DNA of 51,492 nt. Source: a virus (lineage: Duplodnaviria; Caudoviricetes). How positions within the stretch are numbered: the first letter of the stretch is position 1; the number at the start of each line of letters is the position of its first letter. Location of the stretch: positions 1 to 51,492 of the IMG/VR virus record IMGVR_UViG_3300037851_000466. One strand, written 5' to 3'. Under the pieces are notes generated by a model that saw only the letters and a program-made list of their open reading frames with translations, searched no databases and was not told the DNA's origin. A program made the position numbers and the translations under genes. Positions 38,049 to 47,310 of the stretch are shown here, one piece after another.

Positions 38049-38356
38049 ACCTAGAAGATTACGCTCCTGCGCTATTGGCAATGTTTGGTGCCGGTTTGCA
38101 ATGGCTACGCGCCAGACGCAACTTCTCCGACTGGAGCTACATTGCGGTCGCCCTCGCGCTTGCAACCGGCACCTATACCTTAACGCACTACTTCACGCGG
38201 GATTGGCAGCTAGAGATTGTCATGGGCCTATTTGGGATTGGTAGCTATCTTACCAACCTCATGGGTGGCACACTGGCGGTCGCCGCCCCCGCGCGCGCAA
38301 GGGAGGGCAAGCCCGTCATGGGAGTTACCCTTCCTATCACTAACTCAAAACCATAG
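38045..38356 (+). CDS. Putative holin
   Basis: Three hydrophobic segments; upstream of the endolysin. Confidence 0.6.
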   Translation: MNLEDYAPALLAMFGAGLQWLRARRNFSDWSYIAVALALATGTYTLTHYFTRDWQLEIVMGLFGIGSYLTNLMGGTLAVAAPARAREGKPVMGVTLPITNSKP

Positions 38357-38365
38357 GAGGTTAAG

Positions 38366-38644
38366 ATGGAAGGCATCCTTTCAATCGTCCAGACTCTAGC
38401 AGGGCTTCTCATCACCAGCTATCTTGTGCCGTGGCTGAACAAGAAGCGGAAGCTAGAAGGTGCGGCCCTCGCTGCAAGGGTTGCTGACGACACTCTCCAG
38501 CTAGTCATTGCTAATAACAAGGGCAAGGCATATCTAGAAATCGTTGGCATCTTTACCGCACTACTCAAGGCTAAGCTAGGCGTGGGCGACTCGGCTGCGG
38601 CGAGCATTGCTGCTGGAGCGGCGGCGCGTGCTAAGCTCATTTAA
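38366..38644 (+). CDS. Holin-like membrane protein
   Basis: N-terminal TM followed by YLVPWLNKKRK; AGGAGG RBS. Confidence 0.6.
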   Translation: MEGILSIVQTLAGLLITSYLVPWLNKKRKLEGAALAARVADDTLQLVIANNKGKAYLEIVGIFTALLKAKLGVGDSAAASIAAGAAARAKLI

Positions 38645-39143
38645 CCTGCGGCTCCTGACAGACGCCGAGGTTAAATACATCTATGGCGACCCTGCTCCGT
38701 ACATCGGGGAGGATGGACGGGTAAGCAAGGCGTGGGAGCTAGCTATCCTCGATAGCTTCTATCTTCCTGCGCCCTTGCCTCTATCTTGGGGTGGGGTCGC
38801 CACCAAAATCTCGTGCCACAAGAAGGTCTATCCATGGGCCTATAGCATCTTCAATACCCTATGGAAGAACAAGCTGTGGCATCTCATCGAGGATTATGGG
38901 GGCTGCTTTGAGTGGCGCGCGAATAAGAACAACGCCATCAAGCGCTCTCGCCATTCATGGGGGATTGCTTTCGACCTCAATGTCAAGAAGAATCCCAACA
39001 AGGGTGCAAGCAATCAACCCCGCGAGCTAGTGAAGGTGTTCAATGATATGGGGTTCGTCTGGGGCGGGGACTTTGCTGACAATCCTGATGCTGACACTTT
39101 TGATTACGACCCTATGCATTTTGAAATCGGAACTAAAGCGTAA
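38628..39143 (+). CDS. Endolysin, M15 family peptidase
   Basis: GGCFEWR, SRHSWGIAFDLN, GFVWGG, DPMHFE; start uncertain (GTG 38628 or TTG 38607). Confidence 0.9.
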   Translation: MLSSFNLRLLTDAEVKYIYGDPAPYIGEDGRVSKAWELAILDSFYLPAPLPLSWGGVATKISCHKKVYPWAYSIFNTLWKNKLWHLIEDYGGCFEWRANKNNAIKRSRHSWGIAFDLNVKKNPNKGASNQPRELVKVFNDMGFVWGGDFADNPDADTFDYDPMHFEIGTKA

Positions 39144-39165
39144 ACCACCAACCAAGGAGTTACCC

Positions 39166-39369
39166 GTGGCAACAGTAGACGAGATTCTCGTAGCCGTAGA
39201 GGAACTGGCAACCATCAACGATTCGCTGGACCTGCTCTTCGCTCGCCTTCAGGAGCTTATCGAGCAGGGCGCGCAGGGCCCAGACGCTGAGAAGCTACAG
39301 CAGGCCCTCGACATCATCAATGAGCAGAAGGAGCGGACGAAGGCTGCAATCCTAGCTAACACCCGCTAA
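39166..39369 (+). CDS. Small coiled-coil protein
   Basis: AAGGAG RBS before GTG. Confidence 0.65.
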   Translation: MATVDEILVAVEELATINDSLDLLFARLQELIEQGAQGPDAEKLQQALDIINEQKERTKAAILANTR

Positions 39370-39371
39370 AG

Positions 39372-39410
39372 CAAAATGGGAGGGGGCAAGCGCCCCCTCC
39401 CATTATTTTG
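39372..39410. terminator. Bidirectional intrinsic terminator between the convergent arms
   Basis: AATGGGAGGGGGC-AAGC-GCCCCCTCCCATT stem, A-rich upstream and T-rich downstream. Confidence 0.85.
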
Positions 39411-39717
39411 TTGCCGGGATGACAATAGGTTCTACTTCATCCCAACCACTCGCCACAAACATATGCGACCACCATATCTTACGGTAGCGTTGGTTAAGTG
39501 CAATCGTTTGATTCGCTGCGGTAACCTGCCCAATCACATCCTCGTTAGAGCCAGTGGATACCTTGGTTACGTCGCTCCGTAGCTGCTCAATCTGAGCAAG
39601 CTCCCCCGGGAACGACAACTCCGCACGCACCTTACCGCTTCCTAAAGTCAGAACAAGCATCGCCAACGCCGCTATAGTAAAGCTTTTAAATAGGTCAAGA
39701 AACTCATCCCAATACAT
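39403..39717 (-). CDS. Hypothetical membrane-anchored protein
   Basis: AGGAGG RBS; TM segment. Confidence 0.65.
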   Translation of the reverse strand: MYWDEFLDLFKSFTIAALAMLVLTLGSGKVRAELSFPGELAQIEQLRSDVTKVSTGSNEDVIGQVTAANQTIALNQRYRKIWWSHMFVASGWDEVEPIVIPATK

Positions 39718-39889
39718 TCGTACCTCCTATCGCGGTCCCATATTATGTGTGCCATACATCGCCGTTGATGGCATTGCCGCACACCCCGTCACGACTATAG
39801 TATCCCGTGGCGTGAACATCGCAAGTTCATCCAAATAAAGCGCCTTTGTCAACGGCATTTCACGCGCACACGCCGTTACGGCAATACTA

Positions 39890-40150
39890 CTACCCCAATG
39901 AGATGTCGTCGTCGGAAAGTAGCTGGGAACCTTGAGGCACAGTAACTCTCGCAGCCGTTTCATTCTTCGCAACCGCACGCTTGACCTCCTCCTCAATTAG
40001 CGCATCCAGCGCAGCGAGTAACTTGCTTGCCATAACTGTTGCGATAACGCTCTTCGCCGTCTCCGTTCGGATAGCCCTATCCCGATAATCCATGTAGAAC
40101 TTGAAGGCGACAAGGGCAGTCAAGCAGATGATTCCAACTGTTACTTCCAT
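39890..40150 (-). CDS. Small membrane-anchored protein
   Basis: GGAGG RBS; N-terminal TM. Confidence 0.6.
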   Translation of the reverse strand: MEVTVGIICLTALVAFKFYMDYRDRAIRTETAKSVIATVMASKLLAALDALIEEEVKRAVAKNETAARVTVPQGSQLLSDDDISLG

Positions 40151-42459
40151 GGGACCTCCTCCATCTCTCCCCAATTCTTACCGACCTTCAAGGCGGTGGG
40201 GCATTTAAAGCCGGGCCGGATTTGGGGCCACTCCCTCTCCATTTCCTCACGAACGGCCGCCGCACCTTCCCTCAAAGATACAGTCGGAAGCTCTACGAGG
40301 ACCTCATCATGGACTGTCAATAGGAGCGCACCACCAAATTCCGACACGGCTTTATCAACCCCTCGCAATACTCCCCACATCACATCGGCGGCCGTTCCCT
40401 GAATCAGCGTGTTAATCGCCGCTGTCTGCCGCTTCTTCCTATCATAGAAGTATCGCTTCCGCTTGAATGGGTTGGTCACCGAACGGTCACCCTCACCCGC
40501 CCGCCGGATGATATGCGCCCGCAGCCTTGCCGCCTTGACGAACGCCTTATCAAAGTAATCCAGAAGCTGCTGGCATTCTGTCTGCGGAATCATATACCCA
40601 TGGGCTAGAAGCTGCCGCCTGAGTGTGGGCGCACCCCCACCATACGACCAAGTGAAGAACGCTACCTTGGCCCTTGTCTTATCCACCTTCAGCCGGTCCA
40701 TGTTATAGGCATGCAGCCCATTATCAATAGCCTGCTGAAGTACATCATCATTAGCCAGCGCGGCTAGAATGCGGGGCTCAATCTGATTGAAGTCCAGCGC
40801 CCCCAACACCATCCCTTCTTCATGCGGTATATAGAGCTTCCTCGCCTCTTTGTGCTGCTGTTGCGCGTTCGGGTTCTTCGCCGTGATGCGGCCCGTACCC
40901 GCGATGCCGCGCCCAAAGGAGTCGTCATCCTTTCCCGCCGGAAGAAACGATGGATGGATGCATCCATCTTCGCCAACGCCCGCGCCTGCATACGTTGCCA
41001 TATCCTTGTTGACTCTTCGCATCTCAAGGATAAGCTCAAGAGTTCGACGCTCAGGCGCATCTGCCGGTAGGTCAACATTCATTAGCTCCTGAATAGCCTC
41101 GGCATCCGTTGTGATAACGCCATACTTCGTAAACTTGATGGGCAGCCCCATATCATCATAGAGCAGCTTCCGAAGCTGATACGGGCTCTCAGGGTCAATA
41201 TCCCCATGCCGCCCATTCCACTCCATGAGCAGCTTCATGCCATCCTGCGCAAGCCTCTGCGTCCATTCGGCTCGGCGGGGCATGTCGATGCGGACGCCGC
41301 GCTCGCTCATGTCAATCAGCACGGGGATGGTGGGCATGATGGTGCCCTCAAAGAGGGGCTTCATGCCCTGAATCTCAATGTCTTTCCGCAGCTTCAGCCC
41401 AATCTCTAGGGTTCGGGCAGCGTCAAGGGCATTATAACGGGCGGGTTCGGCATCGGAGAGATGCTTCCACCGTTGCGTATCCAGATACATGCTCGCAACT
41501 GCGTTAAGACCTTTGTATAGGTCGGGCTGGAGGAGGTTGGCCGCGAGCATCGTGTCGAATAGCGGGCCCTTGATGTCAATGCCTGTCTTACGAAGTCGGG
41601 GATAGTCATAGGCTAGGTTGTGCGCGAACTTCGTCACGCCCTCCATCTCCAACATAATCTTTGTGTGGGCCCGTGCATCATGGTCCCAACGGGCTGACCA
41701 CACTTGGATGTCATCCGACACCAAACTGCGGTCATACGCCATGCCAATACGGGTGACGATGTTCGTCATCTCCGTCTCGATGTCGAAGGCTAGGGCCCCC
41801 GTCATCTCATTCAGGAACGGCGTTTCCGTGAACGCATTGCAGACCTGTTCCGGCTCTGCGCCCCCCGCGAGACGCGCCGCCCGCCTGACATCCGCTTCAA
41901 ACGCCGGGAGGGTGGCAAAACCCGTTCGCATGACTGCGGCGGGGTGGATGGTTGCGACGGTGACGTATCGCTGGCCCTCGTTGCAGGGCGGGTAGCAGAA
42001 TTCTTTCCTCTTAACTTCCTTCGGCTGTCCCTTCTTTTTACCGCTCTTGTATACTCCTGACTCATGATGAATTCGGCAAGGTCGCTGGAATTCGGCTGGC
42101 TGAATGAGGTATCCACGCCAGTTCTCGATACCGACCAGACCTGTGTATCGGGAAAGGGCATCGCCCCCGAGACAAAGGACAACATGGCCTGTGAAGGCAC
42201 GCGCCGCTTTGTCGAACGCTTCCCACCACTTGTCTTGTTGCACTGGCGTGATTTTACCTTGCTTGCCATCCGGAAATTCTCCAATCACATTCAGGATATA
42301 GCAGTCGCTCCGGTCAATGCCTTCAAGGCTAAGAGCGGTCCATAGCATGGTCCCGCTCTTGCCGACGAAGGGCTTGTCTGCCTTGAGTTCTTCTCTACCG
42401 GGCGACATGCCGATGACCATCAGCTTGCTATTAGGGTGACCGTCAACATGACAACTCAT
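40141..42459 (-). CDS. polA: Family A DNA polymerase with N-terminal uracil-DNA-glycosylase-like domain and 3'-5' exonuclease
   Basis: UDG-like GMSPGREE...PFVGKSG...HPAAVMR; exo AFDIET/AHNLAYD/YNALD; pol DFNQIEPR, AKVAFFTWSYG, TVHDE. Confidence 0.93.
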   Translation of the reverse strand: MSCHVDGHPNSKLMVIGMSPGREELKADKPFVGKSGTMLWTALSLEGIDRSDCYILNVIGEFPDGKQGKITPVQQDKWWEAFDKAARAFTGHVVLCLGGDALSRYTGLVGIENWRGYLIQPAEFQRPCRIHHESGVYKSGKKKGQPKEVKRKEFCYPPCNEGQRYVTVATIHPAAVMRTGFATLPAFEADVRRAARLAGGAEPEQVCNAFTETPFLNEMTGALAFDIETEMTNIVTRIGMAYDRSLVSDDIQVWSARWDHDARAHTKIMLEMEGVTKFAHNLAYDYPRLRKTGIDIKGPLFDTMLAANLLQPDLYKGLNAVASMYLDTQRWKHLSDAEPARYNALDAARTLEIGLKLRKDIEIQGMKPLFEGTIMPTIPVLIDMSERGVRIDMPRRAEWTQRLAQDGMKLLMEWNGRHGDIDPESPYQLRKLLYDDMGLPIKFTKYGVITTDAEAIQELMNVDLPADAPERRTLELILEMRRVNKDMATYAGAGVGEDGCIHPSFLPAGKDDDSFGRGIAGTGRITAKNPNAQQQHKEARKLYIPHEEGMVLGALDFNQIEPRILAALANDDVLQQAIDNGLHAYNMDRLKVDKTRAKVAFFTWSYGGGAPTLRRQLLAHGYMIPQTECQQLLDYFDKAFVKAARLRAHIIRRAGEGDRSVTNPFKRKRYFYDRKKRQTAAINTLIQGTAADVMWGVLRGVDKAVSEFGGALLLTVHDEVLVELPTVSLREGAAAVREEMEREWPQIRPGFKCPTALKVGKNWGEMEEVPWK

Positions 42460-43105
42460 CAAACCTCCGAATGATACCTTCATCAAGATGATGCATGATA
42501 ATGGTGTCGAAGATACGATAGGGATGGTTCACCATGCAGTTCGCTACAATCACAACATCTCGGGAATGAGCGTCGGGCTCACCCTCACGCCACCATCCAG
42601 TCTCATTAAGGATGGTAGGGCTGGTTACTAGCCCAACACCATTACCGTTCATCTGGACGGCTGTACCATCATGGTTGTGAAGGAGAAAGCGGATGATGTT
42701 CACGCTTTCCTTTGGAAGGTTCGATGCCAGGGTCAATCCCTCCACGGTGAGCAAGCAATCTTGGTCAAGATGGACAACGAGGTCGCCCTTCGCCCGCTCA
42801 AGGGCGAACTGGCGCTGCCGATTACCTGCCACATTCGTCTGGGGGCCCTGATAGCTGAAGATGCGGGGGCCGACAGGAAAGCGCTTCCACGGGCAGGGCC
42901 CGTCACTGACGATAATCCAGTCATAATCGACGCCGGATGCGTCAATGATAGGCTTGTTCGCGTGGAGGGTGCTGGGGCGTGAGGCGACAATTGGTGAGAT
43001 GATGGTAATCTTTGTCGGCCCCACGCCCATGATAAATGAAGGTCCGCCCGTGTTATAGGTTGCTGGGTCCATCCATGTTGGAACCTTACTCTTCGGACTG
43101 CTCAT
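42443..43105 (-). CDS. GT-A (GT2-like) glycosyltransferase
   Basis: WIIVSDG, GNRQRQFALERAKGDLVVHLDQD. Confidence 0.8.
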   Translation of the reverse strand: MSSPKSKVPTWMDPATYNTGGPSFIMGVGPTKITIISPIVASRPSTLHANKPIIDASGVDYDWIIVSDGPCPWKRFPVGPRIFSYQGPQTNVAGNRQRQFALERAKGDLVVHLDQDCLLTVEGLTLASNLPKESVNIIRFLLHNHDGTAVQMNGNGVGLVTSPTILNETGWWREGEPDAHSRDVVIVANCMVNHPYRIFDTIIMHHLDEGIIRRFDELSC

Positions 43106-43280
43106 TCTTGCTCGCCTCCGGGCCAATACCAAGGTTTCCAGCTAGAATGTCAATGCCATCAAGAGCGTCTTGAATCTCGGTGCGGAGGTCAAAGATAAGT
43201 TCCGCAACCTCGTCCTCAGTATAGCGACGGACCTTCTTCGGGGCCTTCTTCACTGCCTTCTTTTTAGCCATTATTCCCAC
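43086..43280 (-). CDS. Small protein with basic N-terminus
   Basis: MAKKKAVKKAPKK; gene chain. Confidence 0.6.
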   Translation of the reverse strand: MGIMAKKKAVKKAPKKVRRYTEDEVAELIFDLRTEIQDALDGIDILAGNLGIGPEASKNEQSEE

Positions 43281-43660
43281 CTTCCGGTTAGGACCAACAT
43301 CCCAATGAGCCCGTAGTCAGCGATGTCCTGCACAGTGTCATACAGGGGCTCGTTTGCAGGCTCCTCTTCCTTGTTCAACAGGTTCGTCAGACGGGCCAGC
43401 TTATCGTCCAGCCTGACAGTGATGCCCTTCAGACCGTGGCGTTGGATGTTCTCACTGCCATAGTCCTTCTGCTTCAGGCAGAAGGTGGCGAAGGTTCTCA
43501 TTGCCATCTCCAGCCATGCCATCTCAAGGTCCGGCTTCCCGCTTGTCCCTAACTGGGTCTGGATTGTGACGCCACCGCCGGTTGAGATTTGAATAGTCCA
43601 ACTGATACCGTTGTCGTGCTTGACACCATCTTTGAAAGAGTTCGTCATCGGCATCCTCAC
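43271..43660 (-). CDS. Nucleotide modification associated domain 1 (DUF1599/Nmad1-like)
   Basis: KQKDYG, GITVRLDDKLARL, EPLYDTVQDIADYGLI. Confidence 0.85.
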   Translation of the reverse strand: MRMPMTNSFKDGVKHDNGISWTIQISTGGGVTIQTQLGTSGKPDLEMAWLEMAMRTFATFCLKQKDYGSENIQRHGLKGITVRLDDKLARLTNLLNKEEEPANEPLYDTVQDIADYGLIGMLVLTGRWE

Positions 43661-44082
43661 AAGGTGACTCTGCCCTTAAAGTCTCCATCCTTCCCTCGCT
43701 GCATCTCCGCTCGATAGCGCTTGGCTAGGTCCTTACACCAGACTGTCCGCCCATTCTCATCAATGATAAGCGTATCGTTAACGATAGCATCTAACTTCAT
43801 GGCTAGCTGTTCGGCGTCGGAAAGCTCCATCTTCCGGCGGGGGCGGCGGGAGCGGGCACTACGTTCAATGGTTCGGCGGCACTTATTGCAGAATAGCATC
43901 TCCGGCGTGCCCCAGAAAAGATAAGGGCAGCCTTTCGTTTTACAATGCTTCGACTTTGGAATCCAATAGTCCTTCGGTAGGTCGGGCACGTCTTGCCGGT
44001 TCCAATCCTGCCCACGCTCCCGTCTGACCTTCCGCATGGTTCGTCGGCGCTTGGCTGCTGATTCGGGGCTATGGCGCGGCAT
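43657..44082 (-). CDS. Basic protein with zinc finger
   Basis: CKTKGC...FCNKC. Confidence 0.65.
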   Translation of the reverse strand: MPRHSPESAAKRRRTMRKVRRERGQDWNRQDVPDLPKDYWIPKSKHCKTKGCPYLFWGTPEMLFCNKCRRTIERSARSRRPRRKMELSDAEQLAMKLDAIVNDTLIIDENGRTVWCKDLAKRYRAEMQRGKDGDFKGRVTL

Positions 44083-44587
44083 CGAGCTTACTCACAGCCA
44101 CTCGTTCAATCGCCCGCATCAACCTTTTAATGGCATAGGGCGGAACGCGACCGGCCTTCTTCTTTGCGATGTTAAGTGATAGAGCAATGATTTGCATGTT
44201 TCCTTCGACATACCCCCGGTTGGAGTCAATGCGGTCAATCGATAGCGAGTCTCCAATTTTCCTTAAAGTTTTCAAGGAGATGCCCGTAACGGCACATCTC
44301 GTGCTTGGACGGCGGGTCATTCTTTTGAACATCTTATAGAGGATGAGGTCCATCTCTCTATCCGGATACTGGGCCTCACGTCGGTCGGAACGGCAGTCCG
44401 TACATTGACGAAAGCCTTGGGTGGCACTGCCACAACGGGTGCAACGGCCAGCTTCACGCCAGCGGTTCCGTTGCTTCTCCCTACCCTTCCGAAACCTCTC
44501 CGCGCACTTCTCGCACGTCTTCATGCCCTCCCGGGCTTCGTTCTTGCACTGCTCCTTCCGGCCGTTCATCGCTTGGCACTGGGTCAT
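44069..44587 (-). CDS. HNH-type endonuclease with N-terminal zinc fingers
   Basis: CAVTG...SIDRIDSNRGYVEGNMQII...NIAK; several CxxC. Confidence 0.85.
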   Translation of the reverse strand: MTQCQAMNGRKEQCKNEAREGMKTCEKCAERFRKGREKQRNRWREAGRCTRCGSATQGFRQCTDCRSDRREAQYPDREMDLILYKMFKRMTRRPSTRCAVTGISLKTLRKIGDSLSIDRIDSNRGYVEGNMQIIALSLNIAKKKAGRVPPYAIKRLMRAIERVAVSKLDAAP

Positions 44588-45014
44588 ATTGTCCCATAAG
44601 TTGGTCGGCTGCCGCCCTAAGCTGTTGTGCAATCTCAATCGCAATGCGCTTCTTGATATCGTTAAGGGCAACGGCCGATAGTTCAACTCGATTACCATCT
44701 AGATACGCCACCCCTGTATCCAAATCAACGCCGGACAGTCGGCTGGGGGCGGGCAGCGGGATGAAGCTCCCGGGGTCGCCTTGAATCTGGACGACAGCGC
44801 CGGGGCTAAATGTCGGCACTTGTTCAGATGTGCCGACATTTAGTGGCGCATTCAGGCCGGGGATACGGGGGCCCATGGGGGCAGGCCCGGATAGAGCCTG
44901 CCCCATGCCCGCATTCTCCCGCCGCGCCATCGTGGGTGGGGTGAATTGAAACTCGCCCTCCTCCAGTCCGTTGTCGGGGGCGACCCACCCTGCATGGGGG
45001 AACGGGACTCCCAT
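44481..45014 (-). CDS. Hypothetical Pro/Gly-rich protein
   Basis: GGAGG RBS; TAATG overlap with the upstream gene. Confidence 0.6.
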   Translation of the reverse strand: MGVPFPHAGWVAPDNGLEEGEFQFTPPTMARRENAGMGQALSGPAPMGPRIPGLNAPLNVGTSEQVPTFSPGAVVQIQGDPGSFIPLPAPSRLSGVDLDTGVAYLDGNRVELSAVALNDIKKRIAIEIAQQLRAAADQLMGQYDPVPSDERPEGAVQERSPGGHEDVREVRGEVSEG

Positions 45015-45541
45015 TAGCCCTCCGAAGGATAGAAGCGGCTGGTTTCCAACTGCGTCTCGCCGTTCTTGTTCTTATACTCGCGCGCCTTGACACGGACCGT
45101 CTTGCCCAGAAGCTCGCTCTCATCGGGCGAGAAGAGGACCGTCAGGTCGCTATAGTCCTGTGGGTCAGCGCCCAGCGAACGAATGAGGCTGGTCACGCCC
45201 TGAAGGTTGCGACGGCTCATGTCATGCTTGGGATGGTTGGTGTTCGACAGAGCCTCGGGCACGATGAAGAAGCGCTGCCACTGCTTCTTGCCAATCTGCT
45301 CCGTATGCTGGCTGTCGGGGTTCACCTGAAGGACGACGAGAAGCTGCATCATCGTCGGGTCCTTGTCGTTCATCTTTGCGCCGACCTCAACGATGTCGGC
45401 AACCTCGTACCACTCAGCGCTCTCCCGCGCCGTACCGGCATTCTTGACGGCAGCATCCTCCGGCCGCCGCCAGCCGGGCCGCATCTCGTCTTCGATTTCC
45501 TGAAGGAGCTTAGGGGAGACGCTTAGGGTGGGCAGACTCAT
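45014..45541 (-). CDS. Putative single-stranded DNA-binding protein (DUF669-like)
   Basis: Follows the AAA_24 gene; ELLGKTVRVKAREY. Confidence 0.6.
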   Translation of the reverse strand: MSLPTLSVSPKLLQEIEDEMRPGWRRPEDAAVKNAGTARESAEWYEVADIVEVGAKMNDKDPTMMQLLVVLQVNPDSQHTEQIGKKQWQRFFIVPEALSNTNHPKHDMSRRNLQGVTSLIRSLGADPQDYSDLTVLFSPDESELLGKTVRVKAREYKNKNGETQLETSRFYPSEG

Positions 45542-46383
45542 TGCTTTGCCTCCTTAATGACTGAATCATACTGATGCCAGAAGTGAACGGGGTCAACTTT
45601 AAGCTCGACCACCGGCATAGGATTGCCGCCGGATGACCGTAGCTTGGGGGCGCACCAAATTCCCTTTGGTGCAGTGTACGCGCGATACTTCAACTCTCCG
45701 CCTTTGCCTGCCATGCCTCCTTCCGTCTTGGCCTCCAGTCGAATGACGCTATGGAACATCTGGGCAACGGTTCGGATGCCAGCCTTGCCGACCGTTGCGG
45801 GGCCGCCAAAATAGGCTTCACCGGCAGCGCCCTCGGGGTCGAAGATGGCTTCATGGAAGATGCCGACAATGTGCTTGCCGCTGTTCTCAAGGAACTTGAG
45901 GATGCGGGCAATAGAGAAGTGGGCCGCACCATAGTCGCCCTGCATGGGCATGGCTAGCTTACCGGCGCCCTTGCTCTCGATGATGACGTGCTTGTCGGAG
46001 AAGCGACCACTGTTGGCAATGGCCTGAAGGAGGTCACCAGACCAGTAGGTCAGGGTGTCAAGGATGACGGTTCCAACGTCGGGCATGTTGGGAAGCTCGC
46101 CCGTGATGAAGTCCACCATCTCCTGATATGGGTCAAGCTGGCCCTTGTTATCGGTAACCAGCTTGGCAACGATGAGGTTGTCCTTATCCTCAGGGATGGC
46201 GGAGGGAAGGCCCTCACTGCCGGGGTCAAAGGCGAGGACGAGGGCCTTTGGGCCGTACTTCTTGGGGTTCGCACGGACAATGGAATAGGCAAGGCGAGAC
46301 TTCCCTGTCCCTCCTGCGCCCATCAAGCAGATGAATTCCTGTTGGGGTGCTGGTTCCAATGAGTCATAGACTTTAATCGGCAC
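45538..46383 (-). CDS. AAA_24 / Sak4-like recombination ATPase
   Basis: GAGGTGKS, TVILDTLT, QGDYG, GIFHE. Confidence 0.8.
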   Translation of the reverse strand: MPIKVYDSLEPAPQQEFICLMGAGGTGKSRLAYSIVRANPKKYGPKALVLAFDPGSEGLPSAIPEDKDNLIVAKLVTDNKGQLDPYQEMVDFITGELPNMPDVGTVILDTLTYWSGDLLQAIANSGRFSDKHVIIESKGAGKLAMPMQGDYGAAHFSIARILKFLENSGKHIVGIFHEAIFDPEGAAGEAYFGGPATVGKAGIRTVAQMFHSVIRLEAKTEGGMAGKGGELKYRAYTAPKGIWCAPKLRSSGGNPMPVVELKVDPVHFWHQYDSVIKEAKQ

Positions 46384-46458
46384 ATGGCCTCCTATCTGAA
46401 GATTGCCGCCCAACCCAAATAGATGAAGGCGAGAAGGATGATAACTAGGGTGGCGAAA

Positions 46459-47310
46459 TCAGGCTTGTCCATCATGGCGCTGTTGAACGCGGAAAACTTC
46501 AACCGCGATTTTGTTGATTTCATAATCTGATAGCCTTTCGTGGCACATGAGATTTCCCCACCGCAGTAGCTCGATGGTTCTCTCGGGGGACATACCGATG
46601 TCACGCAGGCTGGCGGCGCAGGCATAGGCGTGGCCGTGTCGGGCACCTTTCGGTGCGCCCTGCTCCAACCAGATGCGGGCGGTGACGGTTAGATGCTTCT
46701 CAATCTCCCAGAGATTCGCAGAATCATTGAGAGCAACGGGGGGTGGTGCGGGCTTCTCAATGGGTGGGAGGGGCCCCACCTCATTGATAATCTGCTTAGC
46801 GTCATAGGTAGCCTTGGGGATGCGGCCAATGAAGCCCTTGTTCCCGGTCTTCCAGTTGATGGTTTCTGGCACCCGCGCGAGGCGGGCGACATCGCAGACG
46901 GTTTGGTCGGCTGCGGGGGCGTGCTTGGCGAGGAAGGCCCGGACAACCCGGGGCCAGTCCTCAGGGACATCGGGGCTAAGGATAGGGATGATAAGCTGCA
47001 CGCCTCGGCCGGTCCAGATTGCTCCAGCATTGCGAAGCCATAGGTTCAAAGAGGTTTCCTCAATGAACTCTTGTGCTTCCTCTTTGGTAAAGAGCCTGTC
47101 GTAATCGACAAGGATGCCGGAAACATGGTCAACGTCTGATGCCCGGACTCTGCGATGCAGCTTCTTCCGGGGTGGGTTGATGTTGAAATAGATGTCCCAC
47201 CCCAGCTTGTTCAGCTTGTCAATGCCCGTCTGGAAGGCGATAACGTGCTTGTCCTTCTTGGCAACAAGGTGAAGATACTGGAAGCCAATAAGGAATTCAT
47301 CTCTAGACAT
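46459..47310 (-). CDS. RepB-like (AEP superfamily) primase with PriCT-like C-terminus
   Basis: YFNINP, ILVDYD, WTGRGVQ, DVARLARVPETINWK, GARHGHAYACAASL. Confidence 0.82.
   Translation of the reverse strand: MSRDEFLIGFQYLHLVAKKDKHVIAFQTGIDKLNKLGWDIYFNINPPRKKLHRRVRASDVDHVSGILVDYDRLFTKEEAQEFIEETSLNLWLRNAGAIWTGRGVQLIIPILSPDVPEDWPRVVRAFLAKHAPAADQTVCDVARLARVPETINWKTGNKGFIGRIPKATYDAKQIINEVGPLPPIEKPAPPPVALNDSANLWEIEKHLTVTARIWLEQGAPKGARHGHAYACAASLRDIGMSPERTIELLRWGNLMCHERLSDYEINKIAVEVFRVQQRHDGQA

Noticed and set aside
39043-39369. i-spanin with an N-terminal TM embedded in the endolysin gene
   Set aside because: A strong AAGGAG RBS supports the GTG at 39166 and no o-spanin lipobox is seen nearby; not fully excluded.
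39727-39996. Minus-strand 89-aa ORF
   Set aside because: Overlaps 39890-40150 substantially, has no clear start or RBS and no motif; a shorter gene may exist but cannot be supported.
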